In this document: one piece after another, positions 27,351 through 37,880 of the stretch
How the letters are laid out: each line of letters opens with the position of its first letter
Position numbering within the stretch: the stretch's first letter is position 1
DNA from: Mytilus californianus
Lineage: Eukaryota
Assembly (NCBI RefSeq): GCF_021869535.1
Contig: NW_026262701.1
Coordinates: 4,464,001 to 4,528,000, forward strand
Length of the DNA stretch: 64,000 nucleotides
Direction: 5' to 3'
Position numbers and translations under genes: made by a program
Notes under the pieces: model-generated
Databases searched by the model: none
Told to the model about the DNA's origin: nothing
Seen by the model: the letters and a program-made list of their open reading frames with translations, nothing else

Positions 27351-27984
27351 GGTATTGACATGAATAGCAATTATATGGTCATTTTTATAAATTTCCTGTT
27401 CACAAAATTATATTTTTTTTGAAAAACTAAGGATTTTCTTATCCCAGGCATAGATTACCTTAGCCGTATTAGGCACAACTTTTTGGAATTTTGGGTCCTC
27501 AATGCTCTTCAATTTTGTACTGGTTTGGCTTTATAACTATTTAGATCCGAGCGTCACTGATGAGTCTTAGAAAGACGAAACGCGCGTCTGGCGTATTAAA
27601 TTATAATCCTGGTACCTTTGATAACTATTTATACCACAGGGTCGATGCCACTGCTGGTGGACGTTTCGTCCCCGAGGGTATCACCAGCCTAGTAGTCAGC
27701 ACTTCGGTGTTGACATGAATATCAGTTATATGGTAATTTTAGTAAATTTCCCGTTGACAAAACATTAAATTTTTCGTAAAACTAAGGATTTTCTTATCCC
27801 AGGAATAGATTACCTAAGTCGTATTTGGCACAACTTTTTGGAATTTTGGGTCCTCAATGCTCTTCATCATTGTACGGGTTTGGATTTATAACTATTTAGA
27901 TCCGAGCGTCTCTGATGAGTCTTAGGAAGACGAAACGCGCGTCTGGCGTATTAAATTAAAATCCTGGTATCTTTGATAATTATT
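27351..27984 (+). ncRNA. Non-LTR retrozyme insert (~1.8 x 355-nt monomer) with two type I hammerhead ribozymes
   Basis: GCGTCA-CTGATGA-GTCT TAGAA AGAC-GAAAC GCGC GTC-TGGCGT. Cores are at 27557 and 27912 (355 nt apart), with predicted cleavage after 27588 and 27943. Confidence 0.9.
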
Positions 27985-28557
27985 AAGGTTGCCTGGACCC
28001 AAAGAGCCAGGTGGGTAAAGTTACGGATCGTCCACATCTGAGGTCCAAAGTTGGGGTATGGTGACCCGACCCCCTCCCTTCTTTAATTCATAAAAAAAGT
28101 CCTTACGGCAAAGCTTTTGTCCACACTAGATACAAATGATAGGCAATTGCCAAAGGTTGCCTGGACCCAATGACCCAGGTGTTTTAAGTTACGGATCGTC
28201 CACAGATGAGGTCCAAAGTTGGGTTATGGTGACCCGACCCCCTCCCTACTTTAATTCATAAAAAAAAGTCCCTACGACAAAGCTTTTGTCCACACTAGGT
28301 ACAAATGATAGGCAATTGCCTAAGGTTGCCTGGACCCAAAGAGCCAGGTGGTTAAAGCTACGGATCTTCCACAACTGAGGTCCAAAGTCGGGGTATGGTG
28401 ACCCGACCCCCTCCCTACTTTAATTCATAAAAAAGTCCCTACGGCAAAGCTGTTGTCCACACTAGGTACAAATGATAGGCAATTGCCTAAGATTGTCTGG
28501 ACCCAAAGACCCAGGTGAGTAAATTTAAAGATCGTCCACAATTGAGGTCCAAAGATG

Positions 28558-29144
28558 GGTATTGACATGAATAGCAATTATATGGTCATTTTTATAAATT
28601 TCCTGTACACAAAATTATATTTTTTTTGAAAAACTAAGGATTTTCTTATCCCAGGCATAGATTACCTTAGCCGTATTTGGCACAACTTTTTGGAATTTTG
28701 GGTCCTCAATGCTCTTCAATTTTGTACTGGTTTGGCTTTATAACTATTTAGATCCGAGCGTCACTGATGAGTCTTAGAAAGACGAAACGCGCGTCTGGCG
28801 TATTAAATTATAATCCTGGTACCTTTGATAACTATTTATACCACAGGGTCGATGCCACTGCTGGTGGACGTTTCGTCCCCGAGGGTATCACCAGCCTAGT
28901 AGTCAGCACTTCGGTGTTGACATGAATATCAGTTATATGGTAATTTTAGTAAATTTCCCGTTGACAAAACATTAAATTTTTCGTAAAACTAAGGATTTTC
29001 TTATCCCAGGAATAGATTACCTAAGTCGTATTTGGCACAACTTTTTGGAATTTTGGGTCCTCCGAGCGTCTCTGATGAGTCTTAGGAAGACGAAACGCGC
29101 GTCTGGCGTATTAAATTAAAATCCTGGTATCTTTGATAATTATT
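28558..29144 (+). ncRNA. Second retrozyme insert (duplicate) with two hammerheads and a 47-nt deletion
   Basis: Hammerhead cores at 28764 and 29072 (308 nt apart). The sequence is offset 1207 bp from the first insert. Confidence 0.9.
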
Positions 29145-30099
29145 AAGGTTGCCTGGACCCAAAGAGCCAGGTGGGTAAAGTTACGGATCGTCCACATCTG
29201 AGGTCCAAAGTTGGGGTATGGTGACCCGACCCCCTCCCTTCTTTAATTCATAAAAAAAGTCCTTACGGCAAAGCTTTTGTCCACACTAGATACAAATGAT
29301 AGGCAATTGCCTAAGGTTGCCTGGACCCAATGACCCAGGTGTTTTAAGTTACGGATCGTCCACAGATGAGGTCCAAAGTTGGGTTATGGTGACCCGACCC
29401 CCTCCCTACTTTAATTCGTAAAAAAAAGTCCCTAAGGCAAAGCTTTTGTCCACACTAGGTACAAATGATAGACAATTGCCTAAGGTTGCCTGGACCCAAA
29501 GACCCAGGTGGGTAAAGTTACGGATCGTCCATAACTGAGGTCCAAAGTTAGGGTAGGGTGACCCAACCCCCTCCCTACTTTAATTCATGAAAAAATCCTT
29601 ACGACAAAGCTTTTGTCCATACTAGGTACAAGTGATAGGCAAGGCCCTGAAGTTGCCCGGACTACATGGCCCAGGTGGGTAAATTCACGGAACTTCTTTA
29701 CCAGAGTTCCAATGTGTGGGTATGGAGACCATACCCCTTCGTAACTTTAATTCGTAAAATATTCCGTATGACAACGCTTTTGTCCATACCATGAACAAAT
29801 GATAGGCAAAACAATGAAGATGTCCAGACTAGATAACAACCATAAGCTATGGTTTCAGTTTGGCTAGACAAAAGGCTAAGTTTGGTGAAATAACTTCTCT
29901 TTTGACTATCCCCTTTCAAGTTCATTTGATAAAAAAATGCTTACGACAAAAATTTTGTCAACATCATATACAAAAAACTATGCAATGGACTAAGGCTGCC
30001 CGGACCTGAAGGTCCTATTCGGTTAGGCCTACACCAGAGGTCAAAATTTTTGGTTCTGGTCAGACTACCCTCGCTTAAATTTAATTACAATTAATTTGG

Positions 30100-31150
30100 A
30101 GACCCTTAAATGATTTAATGATATATTTTTTTATGAATAAAGGATATTTCCAAACGAATCAAGGTTATCTTCAACGAAATTAAGGTTGACATTAAACGAA
30201 TTACGAATATCACTAATTCATTAAAGGATGTCAATAATAACAATGATGTTGCATTATGGGATTTCAATAAATGCATTCTTTAAAGATATTTTAAATCATA
30301 TATTGATATACTTAAATGGAGTATTGTTGCATTTAGGTATATCAATTAATATACATGTATAATTTTATTCCTTAAATGATGTATTGATATCCTCAAATGA
30401 ATACGAACACGGATATGAATTAAGGAAATTGATTCAGCAAGAATTTGCGATATCCTGAAATAGTAAAAGGATATCCTGAATTATGTATGGATATCCTTCA
30501 ATGATTTATTGTATCCTTTACGGAATTATGTGTGTGTAGGTATATCTTTAAGTGTATAATTATTTTTTTTTAAATTATTTATTGGTATCCTAAAACGAAT
30601 AAAGGATATCCACAAGTCACTTCATCATTTAAAGATAGCTTTATATAATATAATAATACCCACAAATTAAGGAGAACGGATAGTACCTAATCAGGAATTT
30701 GTGATATCCTGAAAAAATTAAAGGATATCGTGCATTGATTTAGTGTATTCTAAAAATTAATAAATCCTGTAAGGAAATAGGAATATCCTTAAATCACATA
30801 ATGTGTTCATTATTCCATTACAGCATATTCATAATTATCTTCAATAGGGTTTATGATTATTCATTTTCAAAAAATATTTTAGATGGTAGATGAGTACTGT
30901 AAATCCTTAAATGAAAATTTATTTTTTCAACTTTAAATATTTTTAGATATTTTTTATCATTAATGATATCCTAATTCAAACAGATTAGGGTATTACATTT
31001 TGATTGTATAATATCCTTTAATTCTTTATTGATATCCCAAAGAAAAGCTCTACAGTTGTAAGTCTGTCTGTAATCGATGTTGACAAAGCAACTTTTACGT
31101 AGTTTTTATCAATTTAATGATGGATATCCTATATTGATTGAAGAACATCT
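30100..31150. repeat. Degenerate AT-rich repeat built on (A)AGGATATCCTT-like palindromic cores
   Basis: Many variants are present, e.g. TAAAGGATATTTCC, AAAAGGATATCCTG, TGGATATCCTTC, TAAAGGATATCCAC and GGAATATCCTTAA. Confidence 0.6.
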
Positions 31151-31814
31151 TGTGATCAAATGATATCCATAAGGTATATTTTTAAATGAGATTGGCGTTT
31201 ATTGGACAGAAGGGTTAAAGAGAACGTCCGAAAATTCCAACGCAAAGGCAGTTGGAGATGTTCGGAAATGATAAGTATCTAGAGATTCAACTGAACAATT
31301 TTAAATTGCTAGCATGAAGTCTCCATTGCACTTCTACAACAACTCACACAAGAGGATCAATTTTCAACGTGAACAAGGATCCGGATTACTTTATATCAGT
31401 TAATCATCATGAAGATTTGGATCAGAAGTTGATTAACCGAAATGACAAGTACAAGAAAAGGGAGAACGAGTTTAAGTTCGATGTTACCAGTCTCACTGAA
31501 GGTGATGTATTGAACGGATATATCAATTTTAAAGTATTCTTTTACACAGGTGAAGACAACAGTTATAGTGTATCCTTCGAGGATATCAAGGAATGTGAGT
31601 ACAAGGCATGCGGACCGCATAATTCTGACAAACGCCCAAAACTGATTACTGCTGGGTGTGAAATACTTATCACGTCTCTAAACATCGCAAATAGCAGAAC
31701 ACATCAAGTTGTAGACGGGATGGACATAAACAATCATAAACATGACAATCATCGATCAATAAGGGTCCATTTCACTCTTACACGGGCTCAAATCCTTTGT
31801 GGAAGATTGTCAAA

Positions 31815-32600
31815 TGTCAATTTTTACCAAACAATGCAGTACAAACATCACACACCTTCGCGCCTCTGCTATAACGTCAAATGTCAAAGGGTGTTATCAA
31901 CAGAATGAGTTCGAACGATCCAACATCTAGAAGATTTACCGCACCCAGAAATACATATGAATTATAACCAATGAGACAAGAAACGATTAGACTCTAGAAT
32001 AGACTGTCACATTTACCGAAAACCATTTAAAAATAACACCGTCGTGATCACGATCATCTTACTGAAAAAATATTTCGGGATCCACTGAACAATCGTAATT
32101 TAGAGTATCACCTCCTGAGATTTGTGCCCATCGTCTTTAATTTTTCTAGTAGAGCGGGTTCGATGCATATATCTGTTCTTAAAGAACCGGCACTTGTCAT
32201 GATGGGACATATTGAGGTTATTTGAAGGAAACCTCAACTGCATATCAAATTGCAAATGCCAAGTACATCGTCTTCTCGTTATAGTGGGGACTACATATGA
32301 GATGCATCATTCGTTCAAGTTAATGGTGAACTCGCTGGAAACTGACAAAGAAGTTGGCAAAGGATCAGTTAAAATATGTGAAGATGTATGGTGAACACTA
32401 CAAAAACCAAACGAAAAACATGCTTATAAAGTACTTGACATGTTCGAGTTTAAAACTATCACAACCTTATCTAGAGTCGACGTGATGATGTCTTACATAT
32501 TTGAAAACTTCATGCATTTTTGTTTGAACCCGCATGGTAGTACGGGACTGGTTAACGACGCAGAGCACAGGACCACAGGGGTCAAACTTGAAAATCAAAA
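31815..32600 (+). pseudogene. Polinton/Maverick protein-primed DNA polymerase B remnants (heavily deleted)
   Basis: Frame-broken motifs in the expected order: QYKHHTPSRLCYNVKC; DCHIYRKPFKNNTV-RDHDHLT-K-FR...NLEY..RFVPIVF; GNLNCISN...SFKLMVNSLET; KHAYKVLDMFEFKTI-HNLYLESDV..IFENF..TGVKLE. Confidence 0.8.
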
Positions 32601-32707
32601 TTAAAACACTAAATACATTGTATGCAAATCTGACTGAGATGGATTCAGCTACTTATTTATTTATGATCACAGAAAGTTAATCATCTATCGAATGTTTTCA
32701 GGGGGAC

Positions 32708-33010
32708 GATGTATACCTATACGAGCCTCTATCCGGTAATCCCGTTACCAGTTCTAGTTCTGATGTGGAGATACGAAACAGCATCGATACGCAAGACTGT
32801 TCGTCAGATAGTTATATCATTGTAGATGGTCGAATTCAGAAGAACGACGAGATGGCGCATGCTGATGCAGATTAAGCGACACTCATGAACAATGGTATAT
32901 TGTAATTACTCAAAAGCATCGACTAAAAACTGCCTGAACAGCATTTATGCTCTACCATTTGTTGCTACTACCATCTTAGGACTGATTATGGGTCAAAGCA
33001 TAAACTGACT
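32708..33010 (+). pseudogene. Polinton/Maverick major capsid protein N-terminal remnant
   Basis: YEPLSG...EIRNSIDTQD...SYIIVDGRIQK...AHADAD*ATLMNNGIL*LLKSID*KL then ATTILGL. This matches the remembered Polinton MCP pattern YEP.TG..EIRI.I.TQD..SY..IEG...TL.NNG.M.LF..I.Y.L..GQATTMLGL. Confidence 0.75.
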
Positions 33011-33379
33011 TTCGTGCACTTTTCCGACATTAATGCAGCGCTACGATCAGTCGCCGTCAAGAAAGTGACAAAGACTGTCACGAGCAAAATGTGTTGGTTC
33101 TCTTCTCGCGTCATTCCCTCCGACGACAACATGGAGAAAAAGATGAAACTGTCCATGATAACAAGACAAGTAAGACTCAATCTGATTAAAATCAGATCTT
33201 TGATTTTGCTCCGTTTGATTTGTTTTTCGCTCGTGTAAGATATGAATATACCCCAAATAATGTGTTCATTTTCGGATAACCTTTTAATGCAAGTTCTAAA
33301 TCAGCCAATCATTTCGAATTACACTCTGGCACTTTGATTATAATTTTCTCCTAAAATCATATATTAAAGCAATTTCTTT

Positions 33380-33592
33380 TACAATTACATGTGTTTTCAC
33401 ATGAGTGCTTACATCTCATACTTTCAAAAGAACTTGAGATTGAGGATACTACCGAAAGCAGAAGGTCTAATTCATACATTGACCTTTTCTACGATAATGA
33501 CACAGACGGAGGACGACTTCAAACTAGAATATATGATAAACGTGTTGATTTCAACTTTCCAAATTTCATCAGTAACATACCCCTTTCCAATC
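33380..33592 (+). mobile_element. Naiad/PLE RT C-terminal fragment (different subfamily) abutting the right TIR
   Basis: SKELEIEDTTES..SYIDL...LQTRIYDKRVDFNFP. Confidence 0.75.
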
Positions 33593-33808
33593 AAAAATCA
33601 ATTTCGTCGTGAAAATGTGTAGCATTTCGTCTTCCTACTGGAAATGTTTGTCATCAGATTTGCAAAGGACGTTTCATGTTAATATAAGTCTTCGGTGTTT
33701 AGGCGTGATCAGTTTAGCGCGTATTTCTTATTGTTCGCTGGCTTATTGTTCGCTAGCTTGCTACACCCTATTGTTCGCTGGCTTATTGTTCGCAAGCTTG
33801 AGTCTGGT

Positions 33809-35400
33809 CCTCTATTTATATATTTTAATTTAAGAAAATGCCGTTTGTGATTTTCAGGTTTATCGATCATAGGAAACAGCCTGTGATGAACAAAGGCTGT
33901 AATAATACGGGTGTATTCATACAACGGGCAAAAAAATGAAATTTTATCCCACTCCTGAAAAATAGCATATAATTTACTCCAGTTTGCATAATACTTGATG
34001 TCTACCATTATTTTTTATATAGATAACAGATCAGCAAGTGTATAATTTATACGATGTTTAATGCGTTGATTACGGTTTTTGCGTTTACCATGAGACCTAT
34101 TATTTCTTAGTCGTTTATCGACAATATTAATGACATCGACAGAAGTTTTAGATATGTTCCCCTGTCCCAATATTTTGTCATTGAGACCGAGAGGATAAAC
34201 TGTTTGAAGTCTTTTTATCCAAAATAGTTCGCGAATCAAATTGCTTGTGTGATTGTCCTGGTTGTTTCTGAACGTGGTTGGAATTTTATAAATTTTAGAT
34301 TATGATTATGCTTATCTAAATGTTGGTTTATCAAACTTCTGTAATATTCTCGTCCCGTCTGTCCCACATATTGAATACCACACTTAGGCTGGGTTCAAGT
34401 TACCACATATATAAGGTTTTGAGTTTTTCAGGTAATGTCACAGGAAAAGGAGAGTGAAAAAGCTCTCCCGTTCACAGTTGACCTAACAGTATTTTGTGAA
34501 GTTTATCTAAAACAGGTAAGTAATTTTTTGGCATTGCACGGGGAAATTTTTTTTAACAATCTGGCTGCAGAGGCATTACAAATACGTTTGTTTAATCACG
34601 TGGATATCCTAGAAGTTATGTTGTTATTTAATTTCTTTCCATTACGTAAAATCGTGATAATTTAAATACGGGTATAGGCAAAATATAAAAGACCGGAGGT
34701 TGTAACATAGAATAAGGATCACACTCACGGAATAAGAAATAATTGGCAAAGCAGTAAAAGAACTCTTACAAAAACTGTTATAAAAAGCCCGACGTAAAGA
34801 CTTAAGTAATACAAAACAGACATATAACAAACACAGGACAAAAACAGAGATCGTCAGAAATCTAAGTAAAACCATAGCAGGGGGCAATAATAGAAATAGC
34901 AAGCGTGGATGAGTATTTATACATCCAAACACTATAATATTTAATTAACAATTAAGAACAAAGATATAATAAACATATGAAAGCTCTCTAACAGGCAAAC
35001 AACCCATAATTGTAAAATATAAGGGCATACACCACAAGCACGGGGACACATTCTACTGTATCCACACAGCACGAGTAACAAACCCTGCAGTAAATATATA
35101 TATAAGAAGATGTGGTATGAGTGCAAATGAGACAACTCTCCATCCAAGTCACGATTTGTAAAAGTAAACTATTAAAGGTAAAAGTACGGCCTTGGCTCAC
35201 ACCGAACAGCAAGCTATAAAGGGCCACAAAAATTACTAGTGTAAAACCATTCAAACAGGAAAACCAACGGTCTAATCTATATAAAAAACGAGAAACAAGA
35301 AACACTTATGAACCACATCAACAAACGACAACCACTGAACATCAGGTTCCTGGACCAGGACAGGCGCAAACAAACGCAGCGGGCCCAAACGTTTCAAATA
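33809..35400 (-). mobile_element. Naiad Penelope-like element, 5' half: upstream tail copy (pseudo-LTR), 5' UTR and N-terminal GIY-YIG endonuclease
   Basis: CDIT*KTQNLIYVVT*TQPKCGIQYVGQTGR (34442-34350) and RELFWIKRLQTVYPLGLND. The EN lies N-terminal to RT. A copy of the family 3' tail sits upstream at 35100-35400. Confidence 0.88.
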
Positions 35401-35989
35401 GAGACCACATGACATAAAAGTTAACAACTATAGGCCACCGTACGACCTTCAACAAAGAGCAAAACCCATACCAAATAGTCGGCTATAAAAGGCCCCGAAA
35501 TAACAAATAATTCAAACGAGAAAAATAAATGCCTGATTTATTTACAAAAAATGAACAAAAAAAAATATGATATACATCAGCAAACGACAACTACGGACAT
35601 ACATGCTACTGACTTGGTTAGTTTGGTGAATAACTAAAAGACAACCAATAAACACGTTTAGCGGTGTCTTAAGTCAATCGTTTCCTTTATGCACTTAACT
35701 GACTTGAAATTAATTCATATATGTACTAAAAACTATTTACAAATATTTTATTAAGTCACCATATACATTAAGAAGCCAATTCATATTGATAATGATTTCT
35801 GAAGAACCCATTTTCATAAAATGTTAAACAAACTGTATTGTCAACGCCAAGCTATACTAGTAATTTCTAACAACCACATCATTTTAACTGGTGGATAGTC
35901 GTCTCATAGGTAATAGTACCGAATCTCATTTTTCATTGTACTTACTTAATGATACTTAATGACGTTTTCCGGTACAGGTTCTTTTTCAC

Positions 35990-37880
35990 CAGACTCATAT
36001 ATTGAATTATTATCTCTATTATTTCTGTTGCTGCTTCCGGTTATTTCAGCTCGATAATCAGAATAATAGATTTCTTCGGATTCCCAGTAATTATCTAATC
36101 TATTTATAAACGAATTTATAGATGGAGCTTTTGTTATTTTATCTGGTAATTTATTCCATAATTATGGCAATTCTTACTGTAAAGCTATTGTTCCTCAGAC
36201 TTGTTTTAAATCGTTGGTGAATAATTTTGTTACTATTAACTCTTGTGCTATGCCTATTTTCGGTGTTTGAAATTAGTTTGAGAAATGTACTAGTTTCTGG
36301 ATCATATTTTCCGTTTAGTATCTTGTATGTCTCAATCATGTCTCCTCGGACCCTTCTATATAACAATGTTTGGCAGCTTAAGTTTTTTCAGTCTTTCTGG
36401 ATAACCTGATTTGTTGAATCCAGGTATCTGGCGTGTCGCCCTTTTTCTACATTTTCGATTTTGTCAATGAGTTTCTTTTTGAAAGGTGCCCATACTGAAC
36501 TAGCAAAGTCTAAGTGTGTTCTCACTAATGTTTTGTATAGTGGTATGAAGATCTTTGCATTTAAATTTTTAAATGTTCTTCTAATTGCCGCAAAGATTGA
36601 GTTAGCTTTGTTCACTTTTTCGCATATGTGTTTTTCAAAGGTTAAATCTTCGTCTATAACTACTCCAATATCCTTCTCTTCACTGCATTTGATAATATCA
36701 TGACCTAATAGATTGTAAGTTGTGCTGTCATCTCTTACCCCTCTGCTTATATTTATATGTTTACATTTTTCTGCTTGGAATTTCAAGAGCCATGTATTAC
36801 TCCATTGTTCTAAATTTTTTAAGTCGTTTTGCAGTATAGCTTGGTCTGCTTTGTTTTCAATGATTTTAAAGATTTTAGTGTCGTCCTCAAATAAGTAGGC
36901 ATCCGATGTGACGCAATCTGGCAAGTCATTTATGTATAGAACAAATAACAGGGGGCCTAGTACTGAGCCTTGGGGTATTCCAAATGTTACATCTTTCCAC
37001 TCTGATGTTTCCCCATTCACTGAAACTCTTTGTTTTCTATATGACAGAAAATCTGTTATCCAGTCTAAGATTGGATTTATTATCCCAAATTTCTCAATTT
37101 TCTTTACGAGTCGCCTGTGTGGTACTTTATCAAAGGCTTTCATGAAATCAGTGTATATGCAATCAACCTCATGGCCATTATATATAGCTTCTGTCCATTT
37201 ATCTATTACCTCTAGTAGTTGTAGTGTTGTTGATCTTCCAGAAATAAAACCGTATTGTTTATTTGAAAATAATTTATTTCTTTCATATAGCTAATAATAT
37301 GTTCTCTTATAATTTTCTTCATAATTTTGCTAGCCACTGATGTAAGGCTTACTGGTCGGTAGTTTTTTGCTTGTGGTTTATTCCCTTTTTTGAAGACTGC
37401 ACTCACTAGGGCGTTTTTCCAATCCTTTGGGACTACTTTTGGGGTTAATGATTGGCTAAAAATTATGCCTAGTGGTTCAGCTATACCTTCCTTGACTTCA
37501 AACAACAGTCTGGGGTGTAGGTTATCAGGGCATGGAGATTTATCTGTTTTTATTTTCTGAAGGTGCTTCAATACTAAATCAGTGCCAATATTTAATTCCT
37601 GTATTTTGTATTGTATTGTGATATGTTTAGGTTCCGGGATATTGCCTTGGGGTTCATTTGTAAATACACTAATAAAATACTCTGATAATATTTCAGCTTT
37701 TTGTTTGTTATCATCCGTTTTTTCAGATTTTACATCTTCCGAGTCAACATGTAGGTCACCTATACCTTCTATTGTGCTAACATACAGATTGTTTTCAGAG
37801 AGTATAGTCCATATTATTCAGTTTGATACACATATTCCTGTTTGAAATATTTACCTGTTTTTAAAATTTACATTAATTAA
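35990..37880 (-). mobile_element. 5'-truncated CR1-clade LINE (RT), decayed
   Basis: KSPCPDNLHPRLL, NYRPVSLTSV, KAFDKVPHRRL, GIPQGSVLGPLLFVLYINDL, LFEDDTKIF and DIGVVIDEDLTF. Confidence 0.9.

Larger units (their letters stand above)
25667..30090 (+). repeat. ~167-bp satellite array with variant monomers and degenerate edges
   Basis: Monomer GAGGTCCAAAGTT...AAAGCTTTTGTCCACACTAGGTACAAATGATAGGCAATTGCCTAAGG recurs at 25671, 25840, 26008, 26175, ~26341, 26507, 26674 and onward. A HindIII site is present in most units. Confidence 0.95.
24941..33808. mobile_element. 8868-bp composite element with long TIRs and 9-bp TSD (MULE/foldback-like, no transposase seen)
   Basis: TSD CCTCTATTT at 24932-24940 and 33809-33817. 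TIRs 24941-25118 and 33593-33808 begin ACCAGACT, and the right TIR has a ~40-bp internal duplication. The flanks rejoin into the continuous Naiad peptide LKLKYINRG-IDFINL. Confidence 0.9.

Noticed and set aside
24941-33808. Whole TIR element as a Polinton
   Set aside because: Polintons typically have 6-bp TSDs and AG-initiated termini. This element has a 9-bp TSD and ACCAG ends, so the Polinton pieces are treated as cargo.
34596-34598. Fifth in-frame TGA in the Sec-Naiad N-terminus
   Set aside because: I cannot tie it to a conserved Cys, and a TAA lies at 34503-34505 nearby. It is not counted without a family consensus.
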